Source: an uncultured Eubacteriales bacterium | Lineage (GTDB): Bacteria > Bacillota > Clostridia > Oscillospirales > Acutalibacteraceae | Length of the DNA stretch: 34,861 nucleotides | Assembly (NCBI GenBank): GCA_900313475.1 | Contig: OMRJ01000144.1 | Span: 1-34,861 of the forward strand | Reading direction: 5' to 3' | Shown: positions 34,051 to 34,861 of the stretch, piece after piece | How positions within the stretch are numbered: the first letter of the stretch is position 1 | Layout of the letters: each line of letters opens with the position of its first letter | Translations under genes and position numbers: made by a program | Notes under the pieces: generated by a model | What the model was told of the DNA's origin: nothing | Database searches by the model: none | The model's input: the letters and a program-made list of their open reading frames with translations, nothing else

Positions 34051-34861
34051 ATGAACGATTACGATAACAACTACGGCAGCGAAAACGTAAACGGTGAAGT
34101 TAACGGCGGCGCGGTTCAGGAAAATACTGACGAAAAAGAAAACACGTCTGCGGCTCAAAGCACGTCGGCGGAAACAAACGAAAACGTTTCCGGCGGTACA
34201 GACGCGGCAAATGAAACGTCGCACGACGGCTATACCGCATATTCAAATGTCGGCACACAGAATAATTCAAACGCTTCCTGCGGCTATCCCTACGGTGCGC
34301 AGAACGGCACACAGGGCGGCGCACAAGGCGGCGCACAGGGGCATCCCTACGGTGCCGGCGGAGCACAGAACGGAGCCGGCGGATATCCTTACGGCGCACA
34401 GGGCGGCGCTTACAACGGTTCGAACGGCGGCGCATATAACGGCGGTTATCAGCAGCAGGGAAATCCGTATCCCTATTCAAACGGTATGAACAGAAATAAC
34501 GGCTACGCCTATCCCCCGCAGAACGGCGGGAGCGAAAAAAAAGGCTCCAAAAAAGGCAAAACGGCATTTGTCGTTATTGTGTCGGTGCTTCTTATAGGAG
34601 CGTTAATCGGGTTCTTTGCACTTCTCGGCGGCGGCGACGAACCTGGCATTTCAACTCCCGACGCAACAAACAAGGGAATTGAAAACGTAGGCGAGATAAG
34701 CTCGAATTCAACTCCCGCAAGATCCGATGCGGACGCTCCCGAGGGAAGTGTTCTCTCTGCATCGGCAGTGTACCGCAAGGTTAAGAATTCATCGGTGGGC
34801 ATTCTTGTTTACAGCGGCTCATCTCTTGCATCCGAAGGCTCCGGTGTTATTTTTACCGAAG
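34051..34861 (+). CDS. htrA: HtrA/DegP-family trypsin-like serine protease, 5' part, continuing past the window end
   Basis: A frame-1 ORF from ATG 34051 has no stop to the window edge, which is why it is absent from the ORF track. It has a ~170-aa N/G/Q/Y-rich N-terminus and a TM (AFVVIVSVLLIGALIGFFALL). This is followed by SVYRKVKNSSVGILVY...EGSGVIFTE, typical of the start of the S1C protease domain. Confidence 0.78.
   Translation, partial: MNDYDNNYGSENVNGEVNGGAVQENTDEKENTSAAQSTSAETNENVSGGTDAANETSHDGYTAYSNVGTQNNSNASCGYPYGAQNGTQGGAQGGAQGHPYGAGGAQNGAGGYPYGAQGGAYNGSNGGAYNGGYQQQGNPYPYSNGMNRNNGYAYPPQNGGSEKKGSKKGKTAFVVIVSVLLIGALIGFFALLGGGDEPGISTPDATNKGIENVGEISSNSTPARSDADAPEGSVLSASAVYRKVKNSSVGILVYSGSSLASEGSGVIFTE

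Noticed and set aside
34094-34567. 131-aa plus-strand and 155-aa minus-strand Arg-rich ORFs near the window end
   Set aside because: They are off-frame readings of the repetitive GGC/GCA/CAG-rich segment that encodes the HtrA N-terminal low-complexity region. Frame 1 from ATG 34051 stays open to the window edge and runs into a TM segment and a protease-domain start.
1-34861. Canonical defence, toxin-antitoxin, prophage, integron or secondary-metabolite cluster
   Set aside because: I recognised no nuclease, helicase, methylase, recombinase, phage structural gene or biosynthetic core enzyme in any frame. The window is dominated by conserved housekeeping synteny.

Overview
The window looks like a largely syntenic, housekeeping chromosomal segment from a Firmicutes/Clostridia-type genome. 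That assignment is an inference from gene order, GGAGG-type ribosome-binding sites and about 50% GC. Almost everything is on the + strand.

Gene order:
- DUF421(YetF) 3' end, DUF4363
- miaB, ylbF/ymcA-family, mutS, mutL, miaA
- HlyD-like membrane protein
- yggS, sepF, a giant DivIVA-domain protein, lspA, rluD
- split transketolase (N and C subunits), rhaD-like aldolase
- Zn-ribbon membrane protein, rlmA, a LOR/SDH-like protein
- GH36 alpha-galactosidase
- minus strand: MacB-type ABC ATPase plus a roughly 1180-aa double-FtsX permease
- galM
- signal-peptide protein of unknown function, OmpR-family response regulator, histidine kinase, and the 5' part of an HtrA-like protease that runs off the window

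I see no CRISPR array, rRNA, intact tRNA, transposase, integrase, or recognisable defence or toxin-antitoxin system.

The observations most worth a second look:
1. A 1046-aa DivIVA-domain protein. Its body is about 50 in-register 11-residue Ala/Glu/Lys repeats, followed by an acidic tail with duplicated GFxFDFS motifs and a polybasic end.
2. An ABC permease with a roughly 345-aa extracytoplasmic coiled-coil insertion.
3. A 29-nt imperfect inverted repeat (26/29 identical) that looks like a tRNA T-arm plus 3' acceptor. It brackets the unknown-protein/two-component module upstream of htrA.

None of these is proven to be a new system. All functional calls rest on my recognition of motifs in the translated ORFs, not on database searches.
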